The position numbers and the translations under genes were made by a program. Below are positions 1-10,699 of a stretch of DNA of 64,000 nt, in pieces. How positions within the stretch are numbered: position 1 is the stretch's first letter; every line of letters starts with the position of its first letter. The stretch is from the NCBI GenBank assembly GCA_045585835.1, contig JAZMZG010000013.1, forward strand, positions 6,835-70,834, written 5' to 3'. This stretch comes from Eubacteriales bacterium. Its GTDB lineage: Bacteria > Bacillota > Clostridia > Oscillospirales > CAG-272. The notes beneath the pieces were generated by a model. That model was not told the DNA's origin. It did not search any database and was given only the letters and a program-made list of their open reading frames with translations.

Positions 1-308
1 CAAGATACCTTATAAGTATAGAGGACGCTTTCGACGTAAAAAGCGCAAGAGAGTGCTTTTTGCGAGACGAAATAAGCCTTATTAAAAAAACGAAAAGCGG
101 AGAGAAGCTCACCGATATAAAACCGCTTATAAAAGAGATTACCGTAGAAGAGGGAACGATAAACTGTGTTCTCAATTCAAGAGACCCGTTTTTCCTAAAT
201 CCCGAATACGTAATGAAAGCTCTCTGCGAATACCTTGAAAAGAGCTTTGAAAGATATTATATTTTACGCAAAGAAGTCTATACGGACAAAATGGAGCTTT
301 ACAGATAA
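1..308 (+). CDS. 3' end of a CDS truncated by the window edge. Hypothetical protein, possibly DUF2344/TIGR03936 radical-SAM-linked family.
   Basis: Frame 3 is open from nt 3 with no stop and continues into the 60..308 ORF. An intrinsic terminator follows. The family guess is recollection of C-terminal similarity only. Confidence 0.45.
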   Translation, partial: RYLISIEDAFDVKSARECFLRDEISLIKKTKSGEKLTDIKPLIKEITVEEGTINCVLNSRDPFFLNPEYVMKALCEYLEKSFERYYILRKEVYTDKMELYR

Positions 309-310
309 AA

Positions 311-350
311 ATGACCGACGCGAAAAGCGTCGGTCATTTTTAATTTTTTA
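311..350 (+). terminator. Rho-independent terminator
   Basis: Perfect 11-bp stem atgaccgacgc/gcgtcggtcat with gaaaa loop, followed by ttttaatttttt. Confidence 0.8.
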
Positions 351-404
351 ACACTTTTTATTAAAAAGCATAGTATAGAGTATATCAAATTAAGGGGAAT
401 GTGT

Positions 405-1448
405 ATGATATACAAAAAATTCTTTGCGGCGGCAAACAGCGCATACGGCTTCAAAAGCTATTTCGAAGAACTCTTTTTCGGCGACGATATAAAAAAACGC
501 TATATAATCAAGGGCGGTGCGGGCACGGGCAAATCTACTTTTTTAAAAGCACTTGCCGCTGCCTCAGAAAAGCTCGGTCACGACACAGAGCTTTACTACT
601 GCAGCTCTGACCCGAATTCTCTTGACGGTGTAATAATACGTGATATGGGCATTTGTGCCATTGACGCAACTTCACCTCACGCTCACGATTGCAAATACGT
701 CGGTTGCGTAGACGTTCTGCTTGACGTAACGCAGTTTTTAAAGCGTGAGAAGCTTTTTGAGAAAACGAGTGAAATCAAGCGCCTTTCCGACGAATCGGCA
801 CGTAATTATAAAAGCGGTTATAAAAATCTTGCCGCTGCGGGCAAACTCGCCGATGAGCTTTACGAAAGCGGTAGGGAGCATATAGATATGCAAAAGCTTG
901 AAAAAACTGCCTTGCGCCTTACCAAAGTCGGTCGAAAGAGAGAAAAAGGACTGAAACTCCGCCTTGTAACCGCAATAAATGCGTATGGAAAGACTACACT
1001 CACGGATTATTTTTCAGAAGCTTCAAGGTTTTATTTTATAGATGATGCTTTCGTTTTAGCTCCTTTACTGTTAAAGAAACTCGAGGAATATTCGGGAGGG
1101 AAAGCCGTAGCATTTCCAAACCCGCTTGTACCCGACCGATATGAAGCTATATATCTTGAAGAAAGCAAAATACTTATCAGCGCCGAAAAAGAACTGCTAC
1201 CTAAAAAATTCACGAGAATAAACGCAAAGAGCTTTTATGACGGCTATTACACACGCAACAGGGAAAAAATAAAATTCCAAAAAAAGCTTATTGGGGCATT
1301 GACGGATATGGCGTGTGAAAATTTTGCAAATGCAAAGAAAAAACACGACAGCCTTGAAAAAATAAACGTGTCCGCTATGGATTTTTCAGCGATGCAAAAA
1401 TGGTCAAATAAGCTTATAAAGGAGATTTTATCCGAGAAGAGAGCTTGA
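405..1448 (+). CDS. Uncharacterised P-loop NTPase (PRK06851-like ATPase of Firmicutes)
   Basis: Walker A GGAGTGKST. The SD AAGGGGA sits 6 nt before ATG 405, whereas track start 399 abuts the SD. Family name is from memory. Confidence 0.6.
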   Translation: MIYKKFFAAANSAYGFKSYFEELFFGDDIKKRYIIKGGAGTGKSTFLKALAAASEKLGHDTELYYCSSDPNSLDGVIIRDMGICAIDATSPHAHDCKYVGCVDVLLDVTQFLKREKLFEKTSEIKRLSDESARNYKSGYKNLAAAGKLADELYESGREHIDMQKLEKTALRLTKVGRKREKGLKLRLVTAINAYGKTTLTDYFSEASRFYFIDDAFVLAPLLLKKLEEYSGGKAVAFPNPLVPDRYEAIYLEESKILISAEKELLPKKFTRINAKSFYDGYYTRNREKIKFQKKLIGALTDMACENFANAKKKHDSLEKINVSAMDFSAMQKWSNKLIKEILSEKRA

Positions 1449-2637
1449 GCATACCGTAGAAATTGACAAAGAGCATAATTGCGTTGCATAAATCGGAAAG
1501 AAGCCAAACTCCGCTTGTACTTGATATGGCACCTATATAAATAGATATCGAAAACAGGGCATTGTACACAAACAGTGCCCATTTTCTTTTTGCAAGCACG
1601 CCTATACAGCTTGATGCGTAAAAATTCCAACAGCAAATGCTCGTATACGCAAAGCAAAAAAGGGAGATAAACGTAAACAAGCCACCAAATTTTCCGAAAT
1701 AGAGAGAAAAAGCGGAAAAGACGTTGTCGCTGTTTGTAAGAAGGAGCGCAAAAGCGGTGAGCGAGCACATAACAACAGTGTCGATAAATACCTCCAATAT
1801 ACCCCATACGCCTTGATTTTCAGGCTTTTTTGGGCAATTGAACGAATACATTATCGCAGAACTACCCATACCCGATTCAGCAGAAAAAATACCCTTTGAC
1901 ATACCTTCTTTAAGTCCTCGAACAAATAGCGAAGCTCCGATGCCGCCGAGAGCGCTTTTAAAATCAAAGGCGCTTTTTATGATATCGGAAATCATATGCG
2001 GAAACTGCTTGATTTTAAGTGCGATTATCAAAACGCAGAAACCGATATATAAAATGCTCATAAGCGGCACGAGCAAATTACACACCTTTTGAAGCCTTTT
2101 ACCGCCGCCCGAAAAAGTGATTAAGCATAAAAAAGCAAGGACAATCCCCACCGAAGCGTCGCTTATACCAAGATGCTTTGCGGACAAGGCGACCGCATTA
2201 CTTTGTACGGTGCAGCCTATGCCAAAAGAGGAGATAATACAAAGTGCGCAAAATATTTCGGGAAGATAGGATATTTTGCAAAGCCGCAGATAGTACATCG
2301 GGCCGCCCACGCCGTGCTTTGCGTATTTTACGGATAGATATATCTCCGCATATTTCAAGACTGCCGTTATAATTGCGCACACCCACATCCAAAATACAGC
2401 TCCGGCACCGCCGAGTGAGAGTGCGACGCCGACACCGACGATATTTCCCACGCCGATAGAGCCGCCGAGCGCAGAAAGCATAGCCGTTGCACCGCCGGAG
2501 GCTGATTTGAAAGTTTTTATTGGGTGGATAATGTAAAATATCTTCAGCTTCATAAGCATATATACGGCACCGCCCAAGATAACAAACGCCCCGAAAGGCC
2601 CCCACAGCAGAGAGTTTATATATTCTAAAAATTGCAA
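1414..2637 (-). CDS. Alanine/glycine:cation symporter (AGCS) family transporter
   Basis: Polytopic membrane protein with Gly-rich motifs (LGGSIGVGNIVGVGVALSLGGAGAVFWMW) typical of the AGCS family. The track ORF runs to 2778 but would cross the groES promoter and CIRCE. In-frame TTG at 2637 preceded by GAGGTGA is the more plausible start. Confidence 0.75.
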   Translation of the reverse strand: MQFLEYINSLLWGPFGAFVILGGAVYMLMKLKIFYIIHPIKTFKSASGGATAMLSALGGSIGVGNIVGVGVALSLGGAGAVFWMWVCAIITAVLKYAEIYLSVKYAKHGVGGPMYYLRLCKISYLPEIFCALCIISSFGIGCTVQSNAVALSAKHLGISDASVGIVLAFLCLITFSGGGKRLQKVCNLLVPLMSILYIGFCVLIIALKIKQFPHMISDIIKSAFDFKSALGGIGASLFVRGLKEGMSKGIFSAESGMGSSAIMYSFNCPKKPENQGVWGILEVFIDTVVMCSLTAFALLLTNSDNVFSAFSLYFGKFGGLFTFISLFCFAYTSICCWNFYASSCIGVLAKRKWALFVYNALFSISIYIGAISSTSGVWLLSDLCNAIMLFVNFYGMLKLSSRIKSPL

Positions 2638-2735
2638 ATTCTTCACCTCATAATCGAATATACTTTCAAATAAATGGGAATATTCGATATGTGTAAGAAA
2701 TTTAGCGCAAGGAGGTATTTTTTTTATAAAACCTA

Positions 2736-2763
2736 TTGCAATTTTGTAAAAATATGTTAATAT
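2736..2763 (+). promoter_or_regulatory. Sigma-A-type promoter of groES-groEL
   Basis: TTGCAA, 16-nt spacer, TAATAT, immediately upstream of CIRCE. Confidence 0.6.
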
Positions 2764-2767
2764 ATTT

Positions 2768-2794
2768 TTAGCACTCAAATAAAATGAGTGCTAA
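2768..2794 (+). promoter_or_regulatory. CIRCE operator (HrcA binding site)
   Basis: Exact match to the consensus TTAGCACTC-N9-GAGTGCTAA (ttagcactc aaataaaat gagtgctaa), 46 nt upstream of groES. Confidence 0.95.
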
Positions 2795-2840
2795 CGTATT
2801 TTATAAAAAATAAAACACATATATAAAGGAGGAGTTTAAG

Positions 2841-3125
2841 ATGAAACTCATACCCATCGCAGACAGAGTTGTTTTAAAAATGACCGAAGCTGAAGAGACG
2901 ACAAAGAGCGGAATTATACTTACGGGAACCGCTAAAGAAAAGCCTCAAGTTGCTGAGGTTGTTGCAGTAGGCCCCGGCGGAAACGTTGACGGTAAAGAGG
3001 TCGTTATGACCGTTAAGGCGGGAGATAAGGTCATCACAAGCAAATATTCCGGAACGGAAATAAAGCTTGACGGTGAAGAATACATCGTAGTACGTCAAAA
3101 CGATATACTTGCAATAGTTGAATAA
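2841..3125 (+). CDS. groES: Co-chaperonin GroES
   Basis: 94 aa, MKLIPIADRVVLK...GIILTGTAKEKPQ. SD AAAGGAGG. Immediately upstream of groEL. Confidence 0.97.
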   Translation: MKLIPIADRVVLKMTEAEETTKSGIILTGTAKEKPQVAEVVAVGPGGNVDGKEVVMTVKAGDKVITSKYSGTEIKLDGEEYIVVRQNDILAIVE

Positions 3126-3132
3126 GGAGTGA

Positions 3133-4764
<1,632 letters not shown>

Positions 4765-4766
4765 AT

Positions 4767-4800
4767 AAAAAGAGCTTGGCACAAGCCAAGCTCTTTTTTA
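4767..4800. terminator. Bidirectional intrinsic terminator (groEL / PHP phosphatase gene)
   Basis: Stem agagcttggc/gccaagctct with acaa loop, flanked by an A-run and a T-run. Confidence 0.85.
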
Positions 4801-5574
4801 TTAAAATTTAGGCTTTATAAGCTTTACCGTGTCTATAGGCGTAATGCCCATATCTTTTAGTACGGCTCTTCCTCTTGCGGCGTATTCTTGATGTCCGCAA
4901 TGGCGGGGAAGGTGGGCATCGCTTCCCAAAATAACGGGCAAATTCACCTCTTTGGCGATGGTGAAAAACTCATCTGTCGGGTAGTGTCTGTATGAAGCAA
5001 AGCCAAGAAGGTTGAATTCGGCGGGGATATTTTTTTCCTTCATTACCTTGGCAAGCCTTGAAAGATGCTTTATATGTACGTCCTTGCCGCCCGTAAAATA
5101 CGGCACGTCGGGGTGAGCGACGTAGGTGAAATCACCTGTGTTGATAGCTTCTATGCACAAATCGACGTAGAGCTTTAAATATTCTTCTTCGGAAAACGGT
5201 GCACCTACGTATTTGCCGTTTTTTTCTTTAGGCACGAAGTGTTGCCCCAAAATCAGATAATCCACGGGAAACTGCGAAATGAATTTTTTGTAATCCTCGT
5301 ATAATTCGGGGAAATATTCCGTTTCAAATCCGAGATAAATTTCGATATCATTTTTGTACTCGTCGCGCAGAGAGCATACGCTTTTCACGTATTCTTCGGC
5401 TTCGCATTGGCGCATTCTCATTCTGTGAGCGCCGACAGACTCGTCGGGATACGGTGCGTGGTCGGAAAAGCCGAGGTACTTAATACCGTTCTTTATGGCT
5501 TCTTCAACGTATTCTCTGTCCTCGCCGTCGGCGTGGCGGCACCTCGATGTATGCGTATGGTAATTTGCAATCAT
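4801..5574 (-). CDS. HisJ-family histidinol-phosphatase (PHP domain)
   Basis: N-terminal YHTHTSRCRHA motif, plus internal FSDHAP and C-terminal GSDAH motifs typical of PHP/HisJ phosphatases. Confidence 0.75.
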   Translation of the reverse strand: MIANYHTHTSRCRHADGEDREYVEEAIKNGIKYLGFSDHAPYPDESVGAHRMRMRQCEAEEYVKSVCSLRDEYKNDIEIYLGFETEYFPELYEDYKKFISQFPVDYLILGQHFVPKEKNGKYVGAPFSEEEYLKLYVDLCIEAINTGDFTYVAHPDVPYFTGGKDVHIKHLSRLAKVMKEKNIPAEFNLLGFASYRHYPTDEFFTIAKEVNLPVILGSDAHLPRHCGHQEYAARGRAVLKDMGITPIDTVKLIKPKF

Positions 5575-5737
5575 TTTTTATTCCTTTTCGCTTGTTAAAT
5601 AGATAATTCAATTTTAAAACAGTTATTATTTTATATCAAAAAACAGTTATTTGCAAGAGTTTTCGGTGAAATAAAAATAAATGCTTGACAATATGGTGTG
5701 TACAAGTGTAAACTTTAGAGGTAAAGAGGTAAACATT

Positions 5738-6538
5738 ATGGCAATTGATTTTCATACACACGCATTTCCCGATAAAATAGCAAAAAGAACGATAGAGCAT
5801 CTTGAGGCTATAACGGTTCAAAATAAACCGATGCACGCCCACACGGACGGCACATTGGATTGCTTGAGAAATGTACTTAAAAAGAGCAAAATTGACCTTG
5901 GTATAGTTATGCCTATATGCACCCGTGACGGTCAAAGCGAGAGCATCAACCGCTTCGCAGAGGGGATACGTTCGGACGGACTTTTGTCATTCGGAAGCGT
6001 TTTTCCTTATCAAAAGGACAGACTTTGGGTAATAGACGACCTTGCCCGCCGCGGCTTTAAGGGCATAAAGCTTCACCCCGAATATCAAGACTGCGAGATC
6101 GATTCCGACGAATGCGCCGAGATAATAGAAAGAGCCGAACAGCACGGTATGTACGTTACGGTTCACGCAGGATATGACCCCGCATATAAAGGACCGTTTA
6201 GGTGTACTCCAAAGAAGGTCGCCGAGCTTTTAAAAAGAGTATCCGGCGAAAATTTGATACTTGCCCACCTCGGTTCTCAGGGAATGTGGGACGAGGTACT
6301 TGATATCCTATGCGGCACGTGCGTTTATTTTGATACGGCGGCGCTTTGCGGAAACATCACGCCCGAAACGTACAAAAAGGTAATCGAAAAGCACGGTGCG
6401 GAAAAGATATTATTTGCCTCAGACTGCCCGTGGGAAGACCCATCGGAGAGCTTAAAGCTGTTATCTTCACTCGGACTTACAAACGAGGAATACGACCTTA
6501 TCACTCATAAAAATGCAGAAAGATTGTTAAAGATATGA
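5738..6538 (+). CDS. Amidohydrolase-family (TIM-barrel metal-dependent hydrolase) protein
   Basis: MAIDFHTHAFP start motif, with later HAGYD and FASDCPW motifs. ATG 5738 has an AGAGG SD, and the track start 5681 lacks one. Confidence 0.7.
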   Translation: MAIDFHTHAFPDKIAKRTIEHLEAITVQNKPMHAHTDGTLDCLRNVLKKSKIDLGIVMPICTRDGQSESINRFAEGIRSDGLLSFGSVFPYQKDRLWVIDDLARRGFKGIKLHPEYQDCEIDSDECAEIIERAEQHGMYVTVHAGYDPAYKGPFRCTPKKVAELLKRVSGENLILAHLGSQGMWDEVLDILCGTCVYFDTAALCGNITPETYKKVIEKHGAEKILFASDCPWEDPSESLKLLSSLGLTNEEYDLITHKNAERLLKI

Positions 6539-7644
6539 AATACGTTGCAACCTGCCTTTTCGGTATGGAAAAGTTTATAAGCGATGACATCACAGCTCTC
6601 GGATATAAAAAGACCGACTCCATTGACGGCAGAGTTTTCTTTGAGGGCGACGAGAGCGCTGTTGCAAGATGTAATATGTGGCTTAGGACCGCAGAGTGCC
6701 TTTACATAGAAGTCGGCAGAGCAAAGACTATGAGCTTTGAGGAGCTTTTTGAAGCCGCGTTTTCTTTACCGTGGGAAAACTTTATCGGCAAAAACTACGC
6801 TTTTCCCGTTTCGGGACATTGTATAAAGTCAAAGCTTGCGAGTATACCGAATTGCCAAAAAATAGTCAAAAAAGCCATCGTAAAAAGGCTATCGCAGAAA
6901 TACGGCATCGAATGGTTTGAGGAAACGGGCGCAAGCATCGGAATCGAGTTTTTCATTTTCAAGGATATTGCGTATTTTATGATAGACACAAGCGGCACGG
7001 GACTTCACAAAAGAGGTTACCGCCTTATGCAAAATGATGCGCCGCTTCGTGAAACTCTTGCATCGGGACTTGTGAATATTTCAAGGCTTCAAAGGGACGA
7101 AATGCTTTGGGACCCAATGTGCGGTTCGGGCACTATCGCTATAGAGGCGGCAAGAAAGCTCCTTAATATTGCACCCGGTATTGACAGAAGCTTCAGATTC
7201 GAACAGTATCCGTGGTACGATGAAAAATACGCACACCTTGCAAGGCAAGAGGCGCAGGACAGTATCTTAAACGATAAGCTTGACATATTTGCAACCGACA
7301 TCGACGAGAACGCCATAAAAGTGGCACAGGCGAATGCCGAGAGGGGCAGAGTGGGGGATAAGATAAGATTTTTCAAGCTTGACGTCGGCAAATTCTATAA
7401 CCCGCAGCGTCGCGGTACGGTTATAACGAATCCGCCGTATGGGGAAAGACTGCTTTCTCACGAAGAAGCACTTTCGCTTTATAAGAAGATGGGCAGAGCA
7501 TTTTCCGCCGTGGAAAGATGGCATTTGTATATCCTTTGCGGAAACGAGAGCTTCGAGGAAGCCTTTGGTAAAAAGGCAGATAAAGTCCGCAAGCTCTATA
7601 ACGGAATGCTAAAATGCAACTTGTACGAATATTTTAAAAGATAA
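6535..7644 (+). CDS. THUMP-domain class I SAM-dependent RNA methyltransferase (RlmL/YpsC-like, COG0116)
   Basis: N-terminal THUMP-like region, SAM-binding DPMCGSGT, and catalytic NPPYGERL. ATGA overlap with the upstream gene. Confidence 0.8.
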   Translation: MKYVATCLFGMEKFISDDITALGYKKTDSIDGRVFFEGDESAVARCNMWLRTAECLYIEVGRAKTMSFEELFEAAFSLPWENFIGKNYAFPVSGHCIKSKLASIPNCQKIVKKAIVKRLSQKYGIEWFEETGASIGIEFFIFKDIAYFMIDTSGTGLHKRGYRLMQNDAPLRETLASGLVNISRLQRDEMLWDPMCGSGTIAIEAARKLLNIAPGIDRSFRFEQYPWYDEKYAHLARQEAQDSILNDKLDIFATDIDENAIKVAQANAERGRVGDKIRFFKLDVGKFYNPQRRGTVITNPPYGERLLSHEEALSLYKKMGRAFSAVERWHLYILCGNESFEEAFGKKADKVRKLYNGMLKCNLYEYFKR

Positions 7645-7675
7645 AAAAACCGAGGCATTACGCCTCGGTTTTAAA
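7644..7675. terminator. Bidirectional intrinsic terminator
   Basis: Stem ccgaggc/gcctcgg flanked by aaaaaaa and ttttaaatttt, lying between convergent genes. Confidence 0.8.
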
Positions 7676-7682
7676 TTTTAAA

Positions 7683-8201
7683 TTATTCCTCCGGCACCAA
7701 AAGTCCGTATTCTCCGTCTTTTCTCTTATATACCACCGAAAGATTATCCGTCTCGGAATTCTTGAAAATAAAGAACTGATGCATCAAAAGCTCCATTTCG
7801 GTAATAGCTTCTTCGACGTCCATATTTCCTATCTTGAAGCTCTTTGTTTTAACTACGGTAGGTGTAATTTCGGGCTCGGGAGAGGAGTATTTATCAAACG
7901 CACCGTCACGGAGCCTCTTTTTAAGCCGTGTTTTATTTTTCCTTATCTGACCTTCCAAGATATCTACCGCCTTTTCAATGGCGGATATATAGTCTTCGTC
8001 GTCGACCTCACTGCGATAGAAGGTGTCTTTGTACAAGATAGTCACCTCTACCTTTTTACGCTCGTTTTTAAGCTCGGCGAAATTAACCGTTGCTTCGGTG
8101 TCGTCGGAGAAGAATTTGTCAAGCTTTGCAAGCTTTTTTTGTACCATTTCCTTCTCTTTTTCCGTGAGGGTAACTTTTTTGAAAACGAATCTTGCTGTCA
8201 T
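7683..8201 (-). CDS. hpf: Ribosome hibernation promoting factor, long form
   Basis: 172 aa. N-terminal RaiA/HPF domain (ATVNFAELKNERKKVEVTI) plus a C-terminal dimerisation domain (FFIFKNSETDNLSVVYKRKDGEYGLL). Confidence 0.9.
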   Translation of the reverse strand: MTARFVFKKVTLTEKEKEMVQKKLAKLDKFFSDDTEATVNFAELKNERKKVEVTILYKDTFYRSEVDDEDYISAIEKAVDILEGQIRKNKTRLKKRLRDGAFDKYSSPEPEITPTVVKTKSFKIGNMDVEEAITEMELLMHQFFIFKNSETDNLSVVYKRKDGEYGLLVPEE

Positions 8202-8353
8202 AAGGGTTCTCCTTTCGCATTTGTTTGAGGCTTATCCTCAAGCATATTATACCACAATTTACACAAAAAAACAAGAGTTTGAGGATAAAAAATATTGAAA
8301 TCATACAAAGAATTTTCTAAATCTATAAAAATTTTAAAAAAATTGTGTAATTC

Positions 8354-8382
8354 TTGCACAAAACAAAATTTTATGCTATAAT
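8354..8382 (+). promoter_or_regulatory. Sigma-A-type promoter of the ychF-methyltransferase operon
   Basis: TTGCAC, 17 nt, TATAAT. Confidence 0.6.
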
Positions 8383-8441
8383 ACATATCTACAGTATAGT
8401 GATAAATAACACTTTTTGTGCATCGGAAAGGACAGATAAAA

Positions 8442-9536
8442 ATGAAACTCGGTATAGTTGGACTTCCTAACGTGGGAAAAAGCACCCTCTTTAATGCTAT
8501 AACAAATGCGGGCGCAGAAGCGGCTAACTACCCCTTTTGCACGATAGAGCCTAACGTGGGGGTTGTTGCCGTTCCCGACGAGCGCCTTGACGTTTTGGCA
8601 AAGATGTACGAGCCCGAAAAATATACACCTGCGGTAATTGAATTCGTTGATATTGCGGGGCTTGTAAAAGGTGCGGCAAACGGTGAAGGACTCGGAAACA
8701 AATTCTTATCGCACATTCGTGAGGTCGATGCGATAATCCACGTGGTACGTTGCTTCGTAAACGATGACATCACGCACGTTGAGGGAAGCATAGACCCCAA
8801 AAGAGACGTTGACATCATCAACTACGAGCTTATCTTATCGGACATCGAAATAATTTCAAGAAGAATAGATAAAACGCAGAAGCTTTTGAAGGGCGACAAG
8901 AGCCTTGAGGGCGAGCTCATGCTCCTTGAGCGAGTAAACGAAGCGCTTAATAACGGTATTTCGGCAAGAGCGCTTGAGTTTAGTGATGACGAAGCGGAAA
9001 TAATGAAGGATATACCCCTTCTTTCAATGAAGCCCGTAATATATGCGGCAAATATTGCGGAAGCCGATGTTGCCAAAGACCCGATGTGCATTGACGCATA
9101 TAAAACTCTTGCGGAGTTTGCAAAAGCGGAGGGTAGCGGCATACTTCCCATATCCGCCGCAATCGAATCGGAGATAGCGGCTCTTGATAAAGACGAGAGA
9201 GAAATGTTTCTTGAGGAGCTCGGACTTTCTTCAAGCGGACTTGATAAGCTTATAAAAGAATCCTACAGCCTTTTAGGACTCATAAGCTTCCTCACGGCAG
9301 GTCCCAAAGAAGTCAGAGCTTGGACGATAAAGAAGGGCTACAAAGCGCCCAAAGCGGCGGGAGAGATACACTCCGATTTTGAAAGAGGCTTTATCAGAGC
9401 CGAGGTCATTTCGTACGAAGACCTCGTAAGCGTCGGTTCGACGGCTGCCGCAAGAGATAAGGGACTCATAAGGAGCGAGGGCAAGGAGTACGTAGTTCGA
9501 GACGGAGACGTAATAGTATTCAGATTTAACGTGTAA
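8442..9536 (+). CDS. ychF: Redox-regulated ATPase YchF
   Basis: MKLGIVGLPNVGKSTLFNAIT P-loop and C-terminal TGS-like VRDGDVIVFRFNV. ATG 8442 matches family N-termini. Confidence 0.95.
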   Translation: MKLGIVGLPNVGKSTLFNAITNAGAEAANYPFCTIEPNVGVVAVPDERLDVLAKMYEPEKYTPAVIEFVDIAGLVKGAANGEGLGNKFLSHIREVDAIIHVVRCFVNDDITHVEGSIDPKRDVDIINYELILSDIEIISRRIDKTQKLLKGDKSLEGELMLLERVNEALNNGISARALEFSDDEAEIMKDIPLLSMKPVIYAANIAEADVAKDPMCIDAYKTLAEFAKAEGSGILPISAAIESEIAALDKDEREMFLEELGLSSSGLDKLIKESYSLLGLISFLTAGPKEVRAWTIKKGYKAPKAAGEIHSDFERGFIRAEVISYEDLVSVGSTAAARDKGLIRSEGKEYVVRDGDVIVFRFNV

Positions 9537-9557
9537 AAACAAATAACGGAGGTCGTT

Positions 9558-10655
9558 ATGGAGCTCGTTTACACAGGCAAAAAGACCGAAGAGGCGATAA
9601 TCGAATACGCAGAGCTTTACAAGAAGGAGATAACCGTTGATACGGATAATTCCATTTTGATGAAGGGCGATGCTTTTTTTGCTATGTCCTCACTCGCAAA
9701 GGCGTTTGAGGGTAAGGTCGACCTTGTGTATTTTGACCCGCCCCGCAACGGATTTATGGCGTCCGGCGCTCCCAGACAAAAGCTCAAGACTGAAGAGTAT
9801 GCGGAATTCATAAGGGAACGGCTTGTCGTAGCGAAGCGTCTTATGTCGGACAAGGGCTCGATATACGTTCACGTATCATCATCTTATGCGCACGTTGTAA
9901 AGGTGCTTTGCGACGAGATTTTCGGTGAAAAAAACTTCAAAAATGATTTAACGAGAATACGTTCAAATCCGAGAAACTCTTTTTCGAATGCTTACGGAAA
10001 TCAAAAGGACACCTTGCTGTTTTACGCACTTGACGGCGAAAACAATATTTGGAACGATATAAAGGTGCCTCTTGATGATGACGAATATTCGGACAAATTT
10101 AACAAGACCGACGGACTCGGAAGAAGATATGCAACGGTTCCCCTGCACGCACCCGGAGAAACGAAAAGCGGAGCAACGGGTGATGTTTGGAGAGGAATGA
10201 AGGCGCCTAAAGGCAGACATTGGATGACAAGCCCTGAGGAGCTTGACAGACTTGATGGCGAGGGCAGGATAGAGTGGTCGCAGTCGGGAAACCCGAGACT
10301 TATCGTATTTGCCTACGAATACGAGGGCAAGCGTATTCAGGATGTATGGAACTATAAAGACCCCTTAAATGCGGAGTATCTCGGTGAAAGAAACTCGCAG
10401 ATGCTCGATATTCTTATACGTCAAAGCTCGGATAAGGGCAGTATCGTGCTTGATTGCTTTGCGGGAAGCGGCGCGTTCTTACGCTGTGCCGAAAACCTAA
10501 AGCGCAGATATATAGGCATCGACTGCAGTGCCGAATCCGTCGATATGATAAAGGCAAAGGCAAGTAAGAGCCTTGATTATTACGATCTCGAAACAGGATA
10601 TAAGCAGAGCTTCTTGAAGGAACACGCAGAACAGCTTTCATTTTTTGATGAATAA
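9558..10655 (+). CDS. Orphan N6/N4 DNA methyltransferase (PF01555-like, beta class) with non-canonical DPPR motif IV
   Basis: Motif IV region DLVYFDPPRNG (DPPR encoded at 9735..9746) is N-terminal. Motif I VLDCFAGSGAF is C-terminal. SD GGAGG precedes the start. No nuclease gene is adjacent. Confidence 0.75.
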   Translation: MELVYTGKKTEEAIIEYAELYKKEITVDTDNSILMKGDAFFAMSSLAKAFEGKVDLVYFDPPRNGFMASGAPRQKLKTEEYAEFIRERLVVAKRLMSDKGSIYVHVSSSYAHVVKVLCDEIFGEKNFKNDLTRIRSNPRNSFSNAYGNQKDTLLFYALDGENNIWNDIKVPLDDDEYSDKFNKTDGLGRRYATVPLHAPGETKSGATGDVWRGMKAPKGRHWMTSPEELDRLDGEGRIEWSQSGNPRLIVFAYEYEGKRIQDVWNYKDPLNAEYLGERNSQMLDILIRQSSDKGSIVLDCFAGSGAFLRCAENLKRRYIGIDCSAESVDMIKAKASKSLDYYDLETGYKQSFLKEHAEQLSFFDE

Positions 10656-10660
10656 AGAAC

Positions 10661-10697
10661 AAGCCCCTCACCGATACGGTGAGGGGCTTGAATATTT
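10661..10697. terminator. Bidirectional intrinsic terminator (methyltransferase / thrS)
   Basis: 12-bp perfect stem aagcccctcacc/ggtgaggggctt between convergent genes. Confidence 0.85.
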
Positions 10698-10699
10698 TA

